Origin: Amphiscolops sp. MND2022
Taxonomy: Eukaryota
Assembly (NCBI GenBank): GCA_964187785.1
Contig: OZ076409.1
Span: forward strand, 39,806,001 to 39,870,000
Reading direction: 5' to 3'
DNA: 64,000 nt
Below the pieces are notes generated by a model, which searched no databases, was not told where the DNA came from, and was given only the letters and a program-made list of their open reading frames with translations. Below are positions 25,101 to 36,782 of the stretch, piece by piece; positions within the stretch are counted from its first letter, which is position 1; every line of letters begins with the position of its first letter. A program made the position numbers and the translations under genes.

Positions 25101-26120
25101 CAGCCCAAGTCGGCGCCCCGCTCAAATTCCTTGAATATGCAAAGGACACTGTTTTTAAATTTTTATCACTTTCTCAGTGACGGAAATTACCCAAAGGATA
25201 CGCAAAGGACTCGAAAACCACATTTTCCGCAACTGGAAACAAAATCCATTTTTCGAAAAAAATCTGTTTTTTAGGAAAAGTCTCATATTGCCGAAAAAGG
25301 ATATTTCAGCTCAAAGAACAACCTTTTCTCAAGCCGAAATCAGCTATGCAAGCGGGAGGGTACCCTTTGACCAAATGAAAGTTTCGAAAAAAAGGCACAG
25401 AGCCAAAAAAAGTAAACAAATTATGATAAAGTATTGAGAATAAAACAGCTGTTCCGTTAAGTTGAAAAAGAATAAGGTCTTACAATACCGAAAAAAAACT
25501 TCAAAGGGGGACCCTTTGGCTTTAAATGACTTTGTAGTAACTCTAAATATCCTAAAAATCGAAAAGGGGGACCCTTTTGTAAAATTGAAAAACTCTCCAA
25601 GAAGCGTTATGTCCGGTATACGTTAGATCCTCATTTCCGGTTTGCGCTAAATCCGGTATGGGTTGTGTTATTGTCGAGGGGACTCCTTTACTGTTCAAAG
25701 GTAGTATGTAGATTACCAAAAGCGATATAGCTAAAATTGAAGAACTTTTGGTAGAACTATTTTGGGCAGTTCAGGTGTATCGAAAAAACAAGCCGGGAAC
25801 GGCCCAAGTCGGCGCCATATCCAGGGCTCAAAAATAGCAAAAGGACTTCAAAGTGTCGAGTATTCTCTTCTACAGTACCCGCATGAGGAAAAAATTGAAA
25901 AAATCCCATTTTTTTCGAAGTTTTTTTTTCAAAATTTTTTCGGTCTCCCATAAGTCGCATAGTGCCGAAAAATGTAGAAGAGGACCTCAAAAAAGCCTAA
26001 TTAACCTCTATCTCAAGTGCCAGTAGAAGTGTGGCATTTAGTGTTAGTTCAAGTCAGCTTATAAAGCTTATAAAATCTGTCACTTCATTGGTCTTTAAAA
26101 AATAAAAAAAGTAACTACCA
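22200..26120. mobile_element. Cluster of fragmented HINE-like elements upstream of ASCC3
   Basis: Family-1 termini at ~22586, 22826, 23471, 24317, 25090 and 25789; family-2 terminus at 24189. Confidence 0.55.
22604..22760. repeat. ~157-bp imperfect palindrome (fold-back MITE-like)
   Basis: ctaaaaatca..agcatatattaaaga..gccttgagtggg.gccgttttgt pairs with acaaaacggcacccactcaaggc..tctttaatatatgct..tgatttttag. Confidence 0.7.
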
Positions 26121-26250
26121 CTTCAAATTTTACCACTTTTCAAAATTCACTGCCGTCTATGAGAAAATCAATTAGGATACTTGCTGATGCTGCTTCTTCA
26201 GATATCACTACTGTAACTTTTTGTCTCTTTGGAGGGTGGGGTGCCATTTA

Positions 26251-26720
26251 GCAGAATATCTACTAGTCCGAAAAAAAACAAAAGGTTTCACTTACCCAGG
26301 GTTGCCACTCTTTTTCGAAAAAAAATAACGACCTGTCATGTTTTTTGAAAAAACGACCAACAAAACTACAAATAACGTCTTTTTTGGAACTTTATTTTTA
26401 AACTTTAAACTTGCACTTACCCGAAGAATACTCAACATATTTGTTGTATGGCTGGGTCGCTCCGCTCCCTTCGCCAAGTAGCAACATTGAGGCATGGCCA
26501 TATGGCACGTTGCTTCGCTCCTGCATTTAGGGCACTACTAGGAGTATGTGAACATAGCTGACTAGGGGAAATTGAAAAATTCATTTTTTTCATCTTTGAA
26601 CGGACTTCGTTCCGGTCCGCCCGCGTCAGCCAATCAGATTGCAGAGAAAAAAGCGTCCAATAATTATTTTTCGGGTAAGTGAAACCTTTTGTTTTTTTTT
26701 CGGACAAATGAATATTCTGC
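26251..26720. mobile_element. TIR element (gcagaatat..tccgaaaaaaaacaaaaggtttcacttaccc arms) carrying core B
   Basis: ~45-bp inverted arms; core B at ~26436-26563; no clear TSD. Confidence 0.65.
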
Positions 26721-28098
26721 GCCCCCCTTTGTAGGTGCCCCTTTGTGGTAAGCCTCCCTTTGGAGGAACATTAAATCGTTTTTGGAGTTCATTAATGCCT
26801 TTCAGATATTTATAACAATGTAAACATTTCTGGCTAGAGTTACAGACTGACGATCCTCAATGAACGGCTAATTTCACAGAGCCTCTGAGTCTTTGGTTAT
26901 TTTTTTAGACAATGAATTTTTTAAAGACAACAATATCATATGAAGCCGTGTATAATTGAAAGTACCTATATTCTAGCTCGAGATTTTCCCAACATTACTT
27001 TTTGTCATCGTAATCAAAAAGCATGATTGATGCTGTGGAAATGGCAATTTGAAACCATACATTTTGAGTACCAAAGCTATTATTTTCTATTTTTGAACCT
27101 ATTTTACCATCATAATCGAAATCTGGAAGTCAAAACAGCACGTTATCGCATAAAGCTTGAAGCATAACTTGATATTTCCGAAAGTCTTCGAAAATATTTT
27201 TTCGTTAATTAATGAAAAACGCTCAAAGACCCTTTTGTAGTTTTCTGCAAAACTTCTCGCAATGAAAAAAAATATTTAGAAAATTTAATTGTGAATATAA
27301 CTTTTTACAATAAAACAGAAAGAAAACTTAAGACATCATAACGATTCGATATTTTTTTATAAAGAAATGGTGATAATGAAAATATTCAAGATCTCATACC
27401 AATATCGAACCGTTTCCAATAAAAGAAGTAGTGCCAAGAATTATTAAAACCAATGAAAACAACTTCAAGGATTGCTTGATAATTCTCCATTGATTATAAT
27501 CCCAATTCCCTACTGATAAAATGAACGAAACTAACAAGATGTCAATTGAAAAAACCACGCAAAAAATGAATGCAGTTTTTGATTCAATCAATTTTACAGG
27601 CATTTTCAATCGTTTCTGCAATTGATATCTAGTTAGCGAGGACTTCAGTTTGAACATATTTAACTACGGCTATTCTATAATAGTAATATAAGTAACTATA
27701 ACCACGGAGGTATAAATTGAACAGGATGCCGATGAACAGGCAGCGGAGACACGGTTTTGAAAAGTCAGAACAAAAGTTTCCTTGTTCATCAGGTTAGCAA
27801 CTCTTCATGTCCAATAGGGTTTCTTCGATTATTTCTCAACCACAGGTATTCCTCCTTTACAATAAAATATTATGATAATTGAGATGCGAAGATCATTTGC
27901 ATAAATGAAAAAGTACGTCTTGAAATAAAATCTATGGAACAAAGTTATTACATCTCAGCAGGAGTTTTGGGTGGATCAAACGATACGAAAACCCAGAAAA
28001 TATGAAATTGCAGATTTTGTCAACGAAGGGTGAAGTTTGGAATTGAACAAGGTAAATTCTATGGGAGTGAACTAAACCGAATGTAGAAAAAGAACTCT

Positions 28099-31000
28099 TC
28101 AAGAGACAGTAGCAGAGCGACTAGCAAGGGCATGGAGACTTTCCGCACCAGCCCTGACATCCTCTGATATCATTTCAAGGTTGTTTGGAGTTGAGCCTGT
28201 ATTGCAACGACTCGTGCCACAGGTGGTAGGGGATGCTGTGGACGTTGCTACGACGGAAGTGTTGGTTGGTGCTGGTTGCTCACGCAAACGGGGAGACGAA
28301 GCGGAGGATAGCTCAGTGAAGGGCGAAGGCGATTCACTGCTGACGTGTGACGACGATTGAGTTTGTGAAGGAGGGCATGCGTCTGCGCTTTTTGAATTGT
28401 TGTTCTTTGTTGAAGACGAGGCGCTCGGGGGACCGAAATTTTGGAGATTATCTCTGGTTCGAGGTAGAGCTTGAAGAACGGAATGATTGGCCATTGTGCT
28501 GCTGTTACTGCTGTCACCACCACTATTTGGATCCTGAACACTCGGGACACACAACTGGCATATGAAGTCTTCAGTTTCGGCCTGCTTAGCAGTTATGCCA
28601 ACACACTGCAAGTGATACCATTCTTCGCATTTGTCGCAACAAACCCAATTTATACCCTTGCCTCTAGGTTCTCGACAAGCCGATTGGAGAGCACACAACT
28701 CTGTCGATGACGATCTTTTACGTGGTCTTCCTCCAGTGCGTCCTCTAGGTTTATGTCCACTGACAACATTACTACCAGGTGCAGCTGCATGCTCTTCTTC
28801 GGGCTTCAGACTCTTGTCTGATTTTCTCTTCTTGGATGAATACGTTGGAGAATCAGGTTGTTTTTTAATTTGCACACCCTGGGAACTCCTGGGGACGTTG
28901 TGGGAAACTTGAGAATCAGTAGAAGAGCTATTAGTTAATTGCGTTTTCCTGAAACAAAAACCGATGAAGTGTTGAACAAACTAGCATTAAACTAATAAAT
29001 GAAAGATTTAAAAGGAATTTTCGCCAACTATCTTGCATAAAGTTTAATTTCAGGGGTAGTGACTCACTTATTAGGGATTTTTGGACGAGCTTTATGCGCA
29101 TCGGGACCACTTTTTCTTTTTACTGGTCTGGAAGCTTCAGATTTGAAATTCAGAGTCTCAGGTGCCTGAGTTTTGCCAGCGTTGGCTACATCTCTGGGTT
29201 TTGACTCGACTACTTCTTCAACTGCATCCATGTCTTCTGCTTCTTCTTGCTCGTCTGCTGCCAAAGCAGCCTGCAGAATAGTCCACAAGTAGTGAGTTTC
29301 ATCCAAGCCAATCTCAATGAGGTCTCCTTCAAGCAATAAGTCCTCCATTACCTCCAAATCTCTTTCGGATACCATCACAGGCAAGCCCTCAATGTGGATA
29401 GTCTTATCAGCAACTTCTGATTTAACAGAAACAAGGAGCGTAGACTCGTTGTTGTTATCAAAGCTTGCATCTGTGCCAACTTCTGCAGACGGAAAATTGT
29501 CCAAATCAACTTTTACGTCAACTTCTTTCTTGAGCACATGCTCAAAGGTTTCGTCTTCAGAACTGTTGTTTTCGAAATTCTCCGTTTTGGGATTGAGAAC
29601 AGGGTAAATAGTTTCAGGTGGTTTTTTCATTGCCATCCTGGTTAAAGCCGTTTTTAGCTTTTCTTGGGAGGCGAAGAAGTCACGAGCCTTTTTACGCCAT
29701 CGCATTGCACGCTCAAAAAGACATTGCAATGCCTCACCTTCGACCAAACGCAAGGGAATTTCTTCCAAACATGCCAACAGCGAGACAACACTCTCCAGTC
29801 TCGGTCTCCTAGACCGCTTACACATGGGACAAAGATACTTCAAATCTTTGATTGCTTCAGTCAAAGCCGTGACAGAGCTTCGGCCTTGCACTTTGTAAGC
29901 AATTGACTTTGGCAGCGGAACGCAAGTTGTGTGGAACCAATCTCTGCATAAGTCACATTGGAGCATAAAACCAGAATAGGTGCGACGGCAAATGCAATAG
30001 AGTTCTTTGTTGTCGTCGTCGTTAGCAGAACGCCCAATGTTTCTCAGCCTCAATTCTTTCATGTCCCTTTGCTCTTCAATCGAAACGTCTTTGTAGTTTT
30101 TAGCAAAATGAGAGGGTGGCTTCGGTTCTTCAAATGAGTAATCCGCTATACGATAAAGAACGTCTGTTTTCCTCCGAGATTTCGCGGCACCTCCGCGAGA
30201 TCTCCCATTCAGATTGCCACGAGGGGTCAGAACATCGATCAGCGTGATGTCATTATTATTATTTTTCAGGAACAGTTTTTCTGACCTCTCTCTCCAATCT
30301 TGTGCTGCATCTAATAATGCCTGAACAACTCCGTGGTTGCTGAGTTGAACCGGAAGCATTTTGCCTTTAGCCGCCAAGCCTTCCACTACAGAAAGATACG
30401 GAGGAGGATCGCAGTTCAACAACGCATCCACTTTGGCAACCCAGTCTTTTGCTTTGCGAAGCGATTCTTGCACAGCGCTAACAGTAGGTAGATATGTTGG
30501 TAATTCGTTGGCATCGTTTATTATAAGCTCTAATTGTTCAATTGTGTATTTAGGACTCGACTGAAGGCAGTACTGGGCTTTGATTTCCCATTCGAGACTT
30601 TTCTCATGGATATTAATCAATTCTTCCAGCTTCTCAGTCACTTCTGAACACGAATTCGAGAGTGTACATTTATCTATTAACGTTTTGAGGTCTTCAATTT
30701 CTATTTGCTCATCATGCATTTTCTCATCCACTGATTTCAACCAATTGGCGGCCTCTAACATTGCTTTGAGGTCGTTGCAATTGGTTATTTCAACATCAAG
30801 TTCAATAGCCTTTTCGTAGAGCTTCTCTAGTTTATCCACATCGCTCATATCTCTACTGTCCAAAACGGCCGCAATGTCCGCGTGCAATGACTCCACACAA
30901 TCTATGACCTCGATAATTTGCTCTGTTTCAGGTAACTCACATGGAATCGTTTGCACTTGGTCCAGAAAAGCTTGCAACTCTTCCAAGGTCAGCTTAGATT

Positions 31001-33350
31001 GCTGGTGTTGCCCCAGTTCATTGGTAGTACTGTTAACAACACCGCCTGTTCGTACTCTGGTTCGGTGTTTCTTTGCGGCTAGTTGCTGAGCTATCAGTTG
31101 TACCTGCTCAGCATCGGCAACAGCCTGCTTCAATTTTTCCAACAAGTCAGGTTCAGTGATGTCTTCATTTTTGGCAAGGTCAATCAGCTCTTTAAACTCT
31201 GCGACGGTAAGCTTTGAGCCGGGCCAAGCCTCAAGGCCATTAGTTGTCCTCGAGTACCAGTCAGTGTATGTTTCCACTCTCTGTAACATCTTGTCGCGCA
31301 TGTTTTTCATTTCGTCTATGGTGTATCTGTATTGAAGAGTTTTGGAAGAATATGGGCACTCACAGAGTTTACTATGATCATACAAGCAAACCAATTTACC
31401 AGGAGAGCAGTTACATGTAATGGCACTGTAAAAGCAGGTGATATCACATGCATCGCACACCCGTAAGTCATCCGCAATGGCTTCGAATTTGATGAAACAG
31501 GAAGAGTCGATTCCAGCTTCAGACACCTCGGCTCTCACGGCCTCTTCTCTCGTTACCGCACAAGCCAGATCGTCGTGCAAGTTTTGTGCAAAATCGGCAT
31601 CGAATTTTTCACCCGATTCAACGATTTTTGAGATAAGTTCATCATGGCAGAAAACGTTGTAACGTTTCACCGTCCTATAGTGTTGAAGACAATCTCGGCC
31701 CATCGAAATCCAATTCGGCAAACAAAAGTTGACAGCTTCTGCACAGTTGTACCCCTGGTTAAATCCAGCGTGGTATGCTCGAGGCAACGTTATCACAAAC
31801 TCACCGGCACATTGCATCAGTCTGTAAACATTGACCCCATGATTCATCAGTGTTACGGGACTCATCGTTGTCACGAGATGATGCATAAGGTCTGGTTGAT
31901 TCTCAAACAATTCAGGTGCCGAGCTTCTCACAGATTGTTCCAGTTTTTCTGCATCCTTCGAGGGTACACCATACCAAGTCTTTGCTTCACCCCAGTGCAG
32001 ATAATTGATTGAGTAGCTCCAATGGTCTTCCACATGCCAGCAAAAAGCAGAGAAACACATACCGATGTACAGCCAGGGAAGTTTCATTCCACTAATTTTG
32101 GCTTCTATGAATCGCATCAAAGACCTGGATTCTAGAGGCATATTGTTCAAATTCCATCCAGAGTTCGCGTAGTCATTTGAATCAACTTGAACGTTATTGT
32201 CTAACGTTGGAAACCCACTTCCCAGCTCGAAAGTCTGAAGGTCCGCCCCATACATTACCGATACATCTTCTTCTAAAGTCGATACTAAACGCCAAAACTC
32301 CTGCTCTACTTCTGCGTGTGGCACAGTCGAAGGTGCTCGATTGAAATAACTTCTTTTGAAAGAATCAGCATATTCACCGAAGGTTCTAATGTTGTATTCG
32401 GAGGGCGATTGCTCAAACCCAAATGGATCGTTGCTTTTGGATTTCACAACTTTAACCAGACACTTCTGACAATGCCACTCGGCTTTTGGTATTTCTCTTA
32501 TTGGTGGATCCAGACAAAATGTATGGAAACCACAGCTACACATGTTGCAAGTCAAAATGAGCCGATCTTGACTTGCAGTCCCACAAACACTACATGCAGT
32601 TGTTTGCAACTTGGACGGAGCAAATTTTCCTTTCTTGTTTCCGATGTCGTCTGTTGCCAAGCTGGTATCTGCCATCTTAGGACCCGGTCCGTAAAATTGC
32701 AACTTTCTCAGTTCAGGGTTGTTTTGTACATCGCATCTATCGAAGTTGGTATCTGCGATGCGCCTTGAATATCGCCGCGACACATTCCGGGATCTCGATG
32801 CAATTGCAATTTTCTTGGGTTTCGATGAACCTTCACTTGCAGCAGACTCGTTTTCAGCAAGAAATTTGTCGTAAGGTTTAATGATTCTGTCATAGTGGTT
32901 TTTAAGCGATTGTGCTTTGCTGACATCAACTCCAAGAAGAAATGCTATGTGGGGCCACATCTTTTTCTTTGTTACATGTTCGTAACCACCTTCTTCGACT
33001 ACAAACTTTTTGAGAGCTAAGAGGTCAAGGTATTTCTGCTCAATAACTGGATACTTCAACTTCACATTGTTAATTTCCCAAAACTTGTTAAGTTCTGACA
33101 TGAAATTCAACTTGGCTCTCGACTTTGCATCCATTTCACAAATTCTTTGAACTCTAGGTGTAAACTTGAAGTTTTCGGGATCCAAAGCAAAGGGTGGGCA
33201 CCAAGAACTTGGGGGCTTAATTTTTGCAATTCCAGTATTGTAAACAATGGGGAAAATTGACTCCATATACTTGAGGGGATCTTTGAATTCTTCATCAGTT
33301 GGTTCGAAAGTGGGAGCATCAGGAGGCTGGACCCAAACGTCGTCGTTCAT
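28099..33350 (-). CDS. KDM5: Lysine-specific demethylase 5 (JARID1/lid) H3K4 demethylase, ~1710 aa, coding exons 33350-29068 and 28948-28099
   Basis: Domains in order: JmjN (APTFEPTDEEFKDP), ARID, PHD1, JmjC with HVED and AYHAGFN metal ligands, C5HC2 zinc finger, PLU-1, PHD2, and PHD3 (WVCCDKCEEWYHLQC) in exon 2. The intron AA|gtgagt...tttcag|G keeps the frame. Confidence 0.96.
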
Positions 33351-34312
33351 TATGCTCTCTGAAACAATATCTCATTTCTAGTCTTCGAAAAATGTGCAAA
33401 AGACCTTCCTCGAGTTCAAAAGATCACAAACCCCAAGTCTTCGCTATATACGGCGGTTTCAACCATCAACCGTTGATTGTATTCAAAGACCTCATACAGC
33501 GCAGTATACAGAACTAAAAAAATTGACAATGCGCCCGTGGCCCAAAAGAATTGAGCCTCTCATAAACATCGGAATACCTGAACTGAATACAAAGCATGTA
33601 GGGTTCCACGATACAATGTAATGTAAGTATTTAATATTTCCATAGTCTTCTCATTGGTAAAACATCATCTGGCTTAACGCTCAAAACCATCAGTATAGTA
33701 AGTATGCTCGAGAAGCAAAAAATACCGCATAATGAAATTAAGACTACAAATTAAGAATGACAAAAAACAAGGGGGAACCAACAGAATAGAATGTTGAAAA
33801 ATTGCTTCAGTTTGCCAAAGTTGTTGTACTTCCTGAGAACCAGTACATGTTTCAATCATCCAGCTCTCTTGGAGAAATATGACAAAACCGTGCGCGACGG
33901 ACTTTCCAAAGTGTGTAACGTGAACTTCGACGATATTTCGAGTACTCAGCTGGCTCTGCCTGCTGAGATGGGTGTTGGGGTTTTATCCGCATCATTATTA
34001 GCACTTCCCGCCTTTTTGGCCTCAGCTTTTGGTGCAAGTGACTTTCTCACGACGATTTTCTCGGAAACATTCGAAGATGTTTCGTTTACAAAAGCGCTTG
34101 AGAGGGGGTTGACTTTGACGAATGAACAGGAAAGTCCTCTCGATGGAACTCAGAAAAACTGGACACAACCTGTCTACGTCAAAACTGCCCAAGATTTGAC
34201 TTCTAGAATGGATGACAAACGTTCGAAAGATTTTAGCGCTCATCAAGGCAAATTCGGGTCACAATGGCTGGACGTCGTTCCTTGCAAGAACCTAGGCCTG
34301 AAACTTGACGAT

Positions 34313-34661
34313 GGGTGGGCGGAAGTAGGTCGAAGGAACGGGATCGAAAATCAGAGTTAGTCCTCAGGTCGACCTACCAAATTTTTGAATGGGATCGAAA
34401 CAACTCGGATCGAAATTTTTATAACGTAGTCAGATATGTTCACATACCCCTAGTGCTCTGAATGCAGGAGCGAAGCGAAGCGGAGCGACGTGCCATATGG
34501 CCATGCCTCAATGTTGCTACTTGGCGAAGGGAGCGAAGCGACCGAGCCATACAACAAATACGATAAAATTTGACAGCATTCCATTCGATCCCTGCAACTC
34601 GATCAAAAGGTTCAACCTCTTTCCTTTCGACCAGAAAAATTCGACCTACTTACAGCCACCC
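34313..34661. mobile_element. MULE-like mini-element (GGGTGG..CCACCC arms, TCGA motifs) carrying core B
   Basis: 9-bp TSD cttgacgat (34304-34312 and 34662-34670) interrupting the CRE coding frame. Confidence 0.85.
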
Positions 34662-34701
34662 CTTGACGATCAGCAACTTCGAATTTCAATTGGTTTGCGT
34701 C

Positions 34702-35206
34702 TAGGGCACGGTAAAAAGTTCGAACGCATAAGTTCGAATTTTAATTTCGAATGGACTAAGTTCGAATTTTCCAAAAACCGGAACAAGTTCGAATCACTGT
34801 GTTCGAATTTTGAACAAACCGCCGTAAGTATAAAACGTACCTCTGATAGTTCCCCAATTCATCTAGTGCCCCGCGGCCCCTTGGGGCCGCTTATGTTCCC
34901 ATCTTGCTAAGCGAGGTCGAACAGGAGCAAAGACCTAGCGGGAACGGAGATCGCGAAGCGATCGTAGTGGGAGCTGGTCTTTGTGGCGGTGAGGGCGAGC
35001 GTGCATACACCGGATTTGCCCCACATTAGAAAGGAAAAGTAAAAAAAAATTTCTGAGACATTTACGAAAGGTAATATTTTATTCTTGACACACCGGATAT
35101 GCCCGATATGAAAATTCGAACTTGGTGTCTCGAAACTATTCCTATTCGAACTTATTCCACTAGTTCACATTCGAACCTAGTAAATCAAACTTATTGCCCG
35201 AAGCCT
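34702..35206. mobile_element. hAT-like mini-element (tagggcacgg arms, ttcgaa motifs) carrying core A
   Basis: TSD (t)tgcgtct of 7-8 bp within the CRE GLRLG codons; core A at 34863-35025. Confidence 0.75.
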
Positions 35207-36102
35207 TGCGTCTCGGTGCCAACATCCACGTTGCGCATACGTGCCACTGTGTCTAAAGAGTTGAACGGGACGGTTTACACGGTCTTTCTTGCACCAATAG
35301 TGCTGGTCGCTTCTCACGTCATGCTATTCTCAATTATCTCATAAAGCAGACGTTGGGATCTCTCGACTTGCCTTCAATGCTCGAACCGCGTGGACAGTAC
35401 CGAACTGATGGCAAACACCCAGACGGTGTTACCATGATTCCTTGGGAAATGGGTAAACAGCTGGTGTGGGATGTCACCGTTGTGGATACTCTTGCACCCA
35501 GTCACCTGAAACAAGGTTCTTTATGCAACCCGGGAACCACCGCCACCGAGGCTGAAGCGCGTCAAATTGAGAACTATCGCGAATTATTAGACAGTGGATA
35601 CGTTTTTCAGCCGATGGCCTTGGAAGTGAAGGGTTCTGTAGGCGAGAGCAGTAAAATTTTCATCACGCGTCTCTGTAAGATGCTCTGTCGTTCGCACGAC
35701 GATCAACGAGCTGGCAGCTTTTTGAAGCAACGGATTTCAGTGTCTCTTCAGATCGGCAATGCGGCCTGTGTTCTAGGAACTGTGAGCGACAGAGATGCGT
35801 TCGAAGAAGTTTATTACATATAGCCTAATTTTTTTGACCTTTATATCAGCAGCTTTAAAAAAATTTCTACCGGTCGACTGCATAGTGGCTGGTTTGAGTA
35901 GTTTGTTGATATTTTTTTGTTACTGGTCTACTGGTATAGTGGCTGGTGTGGGGTTCCCTACTTTCGTTGCAGACCACGGGTGTGTGTCTTCTCCCCCCAA
36001 CCTAATGACACACATATCACTTGATTGATGACAAAAATCCATGACATCTGATAGAGGAAAATGAAAGTAAAAAAATTTACTAAAATTTACTAAAAAATTA
36101 CT

Positions 36103-36385
36103 AAAATCAAAATTTCGATCCCAGTTGTTTCGATCCCGTTCAAAAATTTGGTATCAACCTGAGGACTAACTATGATTTTCGATCCCGTTCCTTTGACCTA
36201 ATTCCGCCTACCTTCTCGGCTTGCCTTCAATGCGCGAACCGCGTGGACTGTACCGAACTGATGGCAAGCCGAGAAGGTAGGCGGAATTAGGTCAAAGGAA
36301 CGGGATCGAAAATCATAGTTAGTCCTCAGGTTGATACCAAATTTTTGAACGGGATCGAAACAACTGGGATCGAAATTTTGATTTT
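36103..36385. repeat. Perfect 123-bp inverted repeat with a 37-nt spacer
   Basis: 36103-36225 is the reverse complement of 36263-36385. Confidence 0.9.
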
Positions 36386-36782
36386 TGGGAAACAAATCGA
36401 ATTGCCGCAGATAGAATTTTTTAGAAAAGTATAAAACGTGTCTCGGATATGTCCCCATTTCCTCTAGTGCCCCGGGTCCCCTTGGGACGGCTTATGTTCC
36501 CATCTTGCTAAGCGAGGTCGAAGAGGAGCAAAGACCTAGCGGGAACGGAGATCGCGAAGCGATCGTAGTGGGAGCTGGTCTTTGCGACGGTGAGGGCGAG
36601 CGTGCATACACAGCCTATGCCCCACATTATGATAGTTAATCGACTTGAGGCAAACAAAGAACGTTTTTGACCCGAAGGCTTTGATCAAGTTCGATCGCAT
36701 TCCATTCGATCCCTGCAATTTGATCAGTAGGTTCGACCTCTGTCCTTTCGACCGGAAAAATTCGACCTAATTACAGCCGCCC
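36275..36782. mobile_element. GGGTGG-family mini-element carrying core A
   Basis: Arms match those of 34313-34661; TSD aagccgaga/aaggcgaga; core A at 36464-36626. Confidence 0.8.

Larger units (their letters stand above)
33788..36102 (+). mobile_element. 5'-truncated CRE-clade non-LTR element (second family), interrupted by two mini-transposons
   Basis: Peptides PKLLYFLRT, WLDVVPCKNLGLKLDD/QQLRISIGLRLG, HPDG..LVWDVTVVD, QIGNAACVL. 3' tail (aaaatttact)n at ~36070-36102. Confidence 0.85.

Noticed and set aside
27394..27657. 87-aa hydrophobic ORF downstream of KDM5
   Set aside because: AT-rich with no recognisable motif or splice context; likely 3' UTR or intergenic.
29317..32935. Antisense and alternative-frame ORFs over KDM5 (likewise over ASCC3, TLK and the LINE)
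   Set aside because: Shadow ORFs of real coding sequence.
36020..36070. Hammerhead or C/D-box-like motifs (tgatga..ctga..gaaa) in the CRE 3' UTR (also ~40940-40980)
   Set aside because: The required stems cannot be formed consistently in both copies, and the spacing is too short for a snoRNA.
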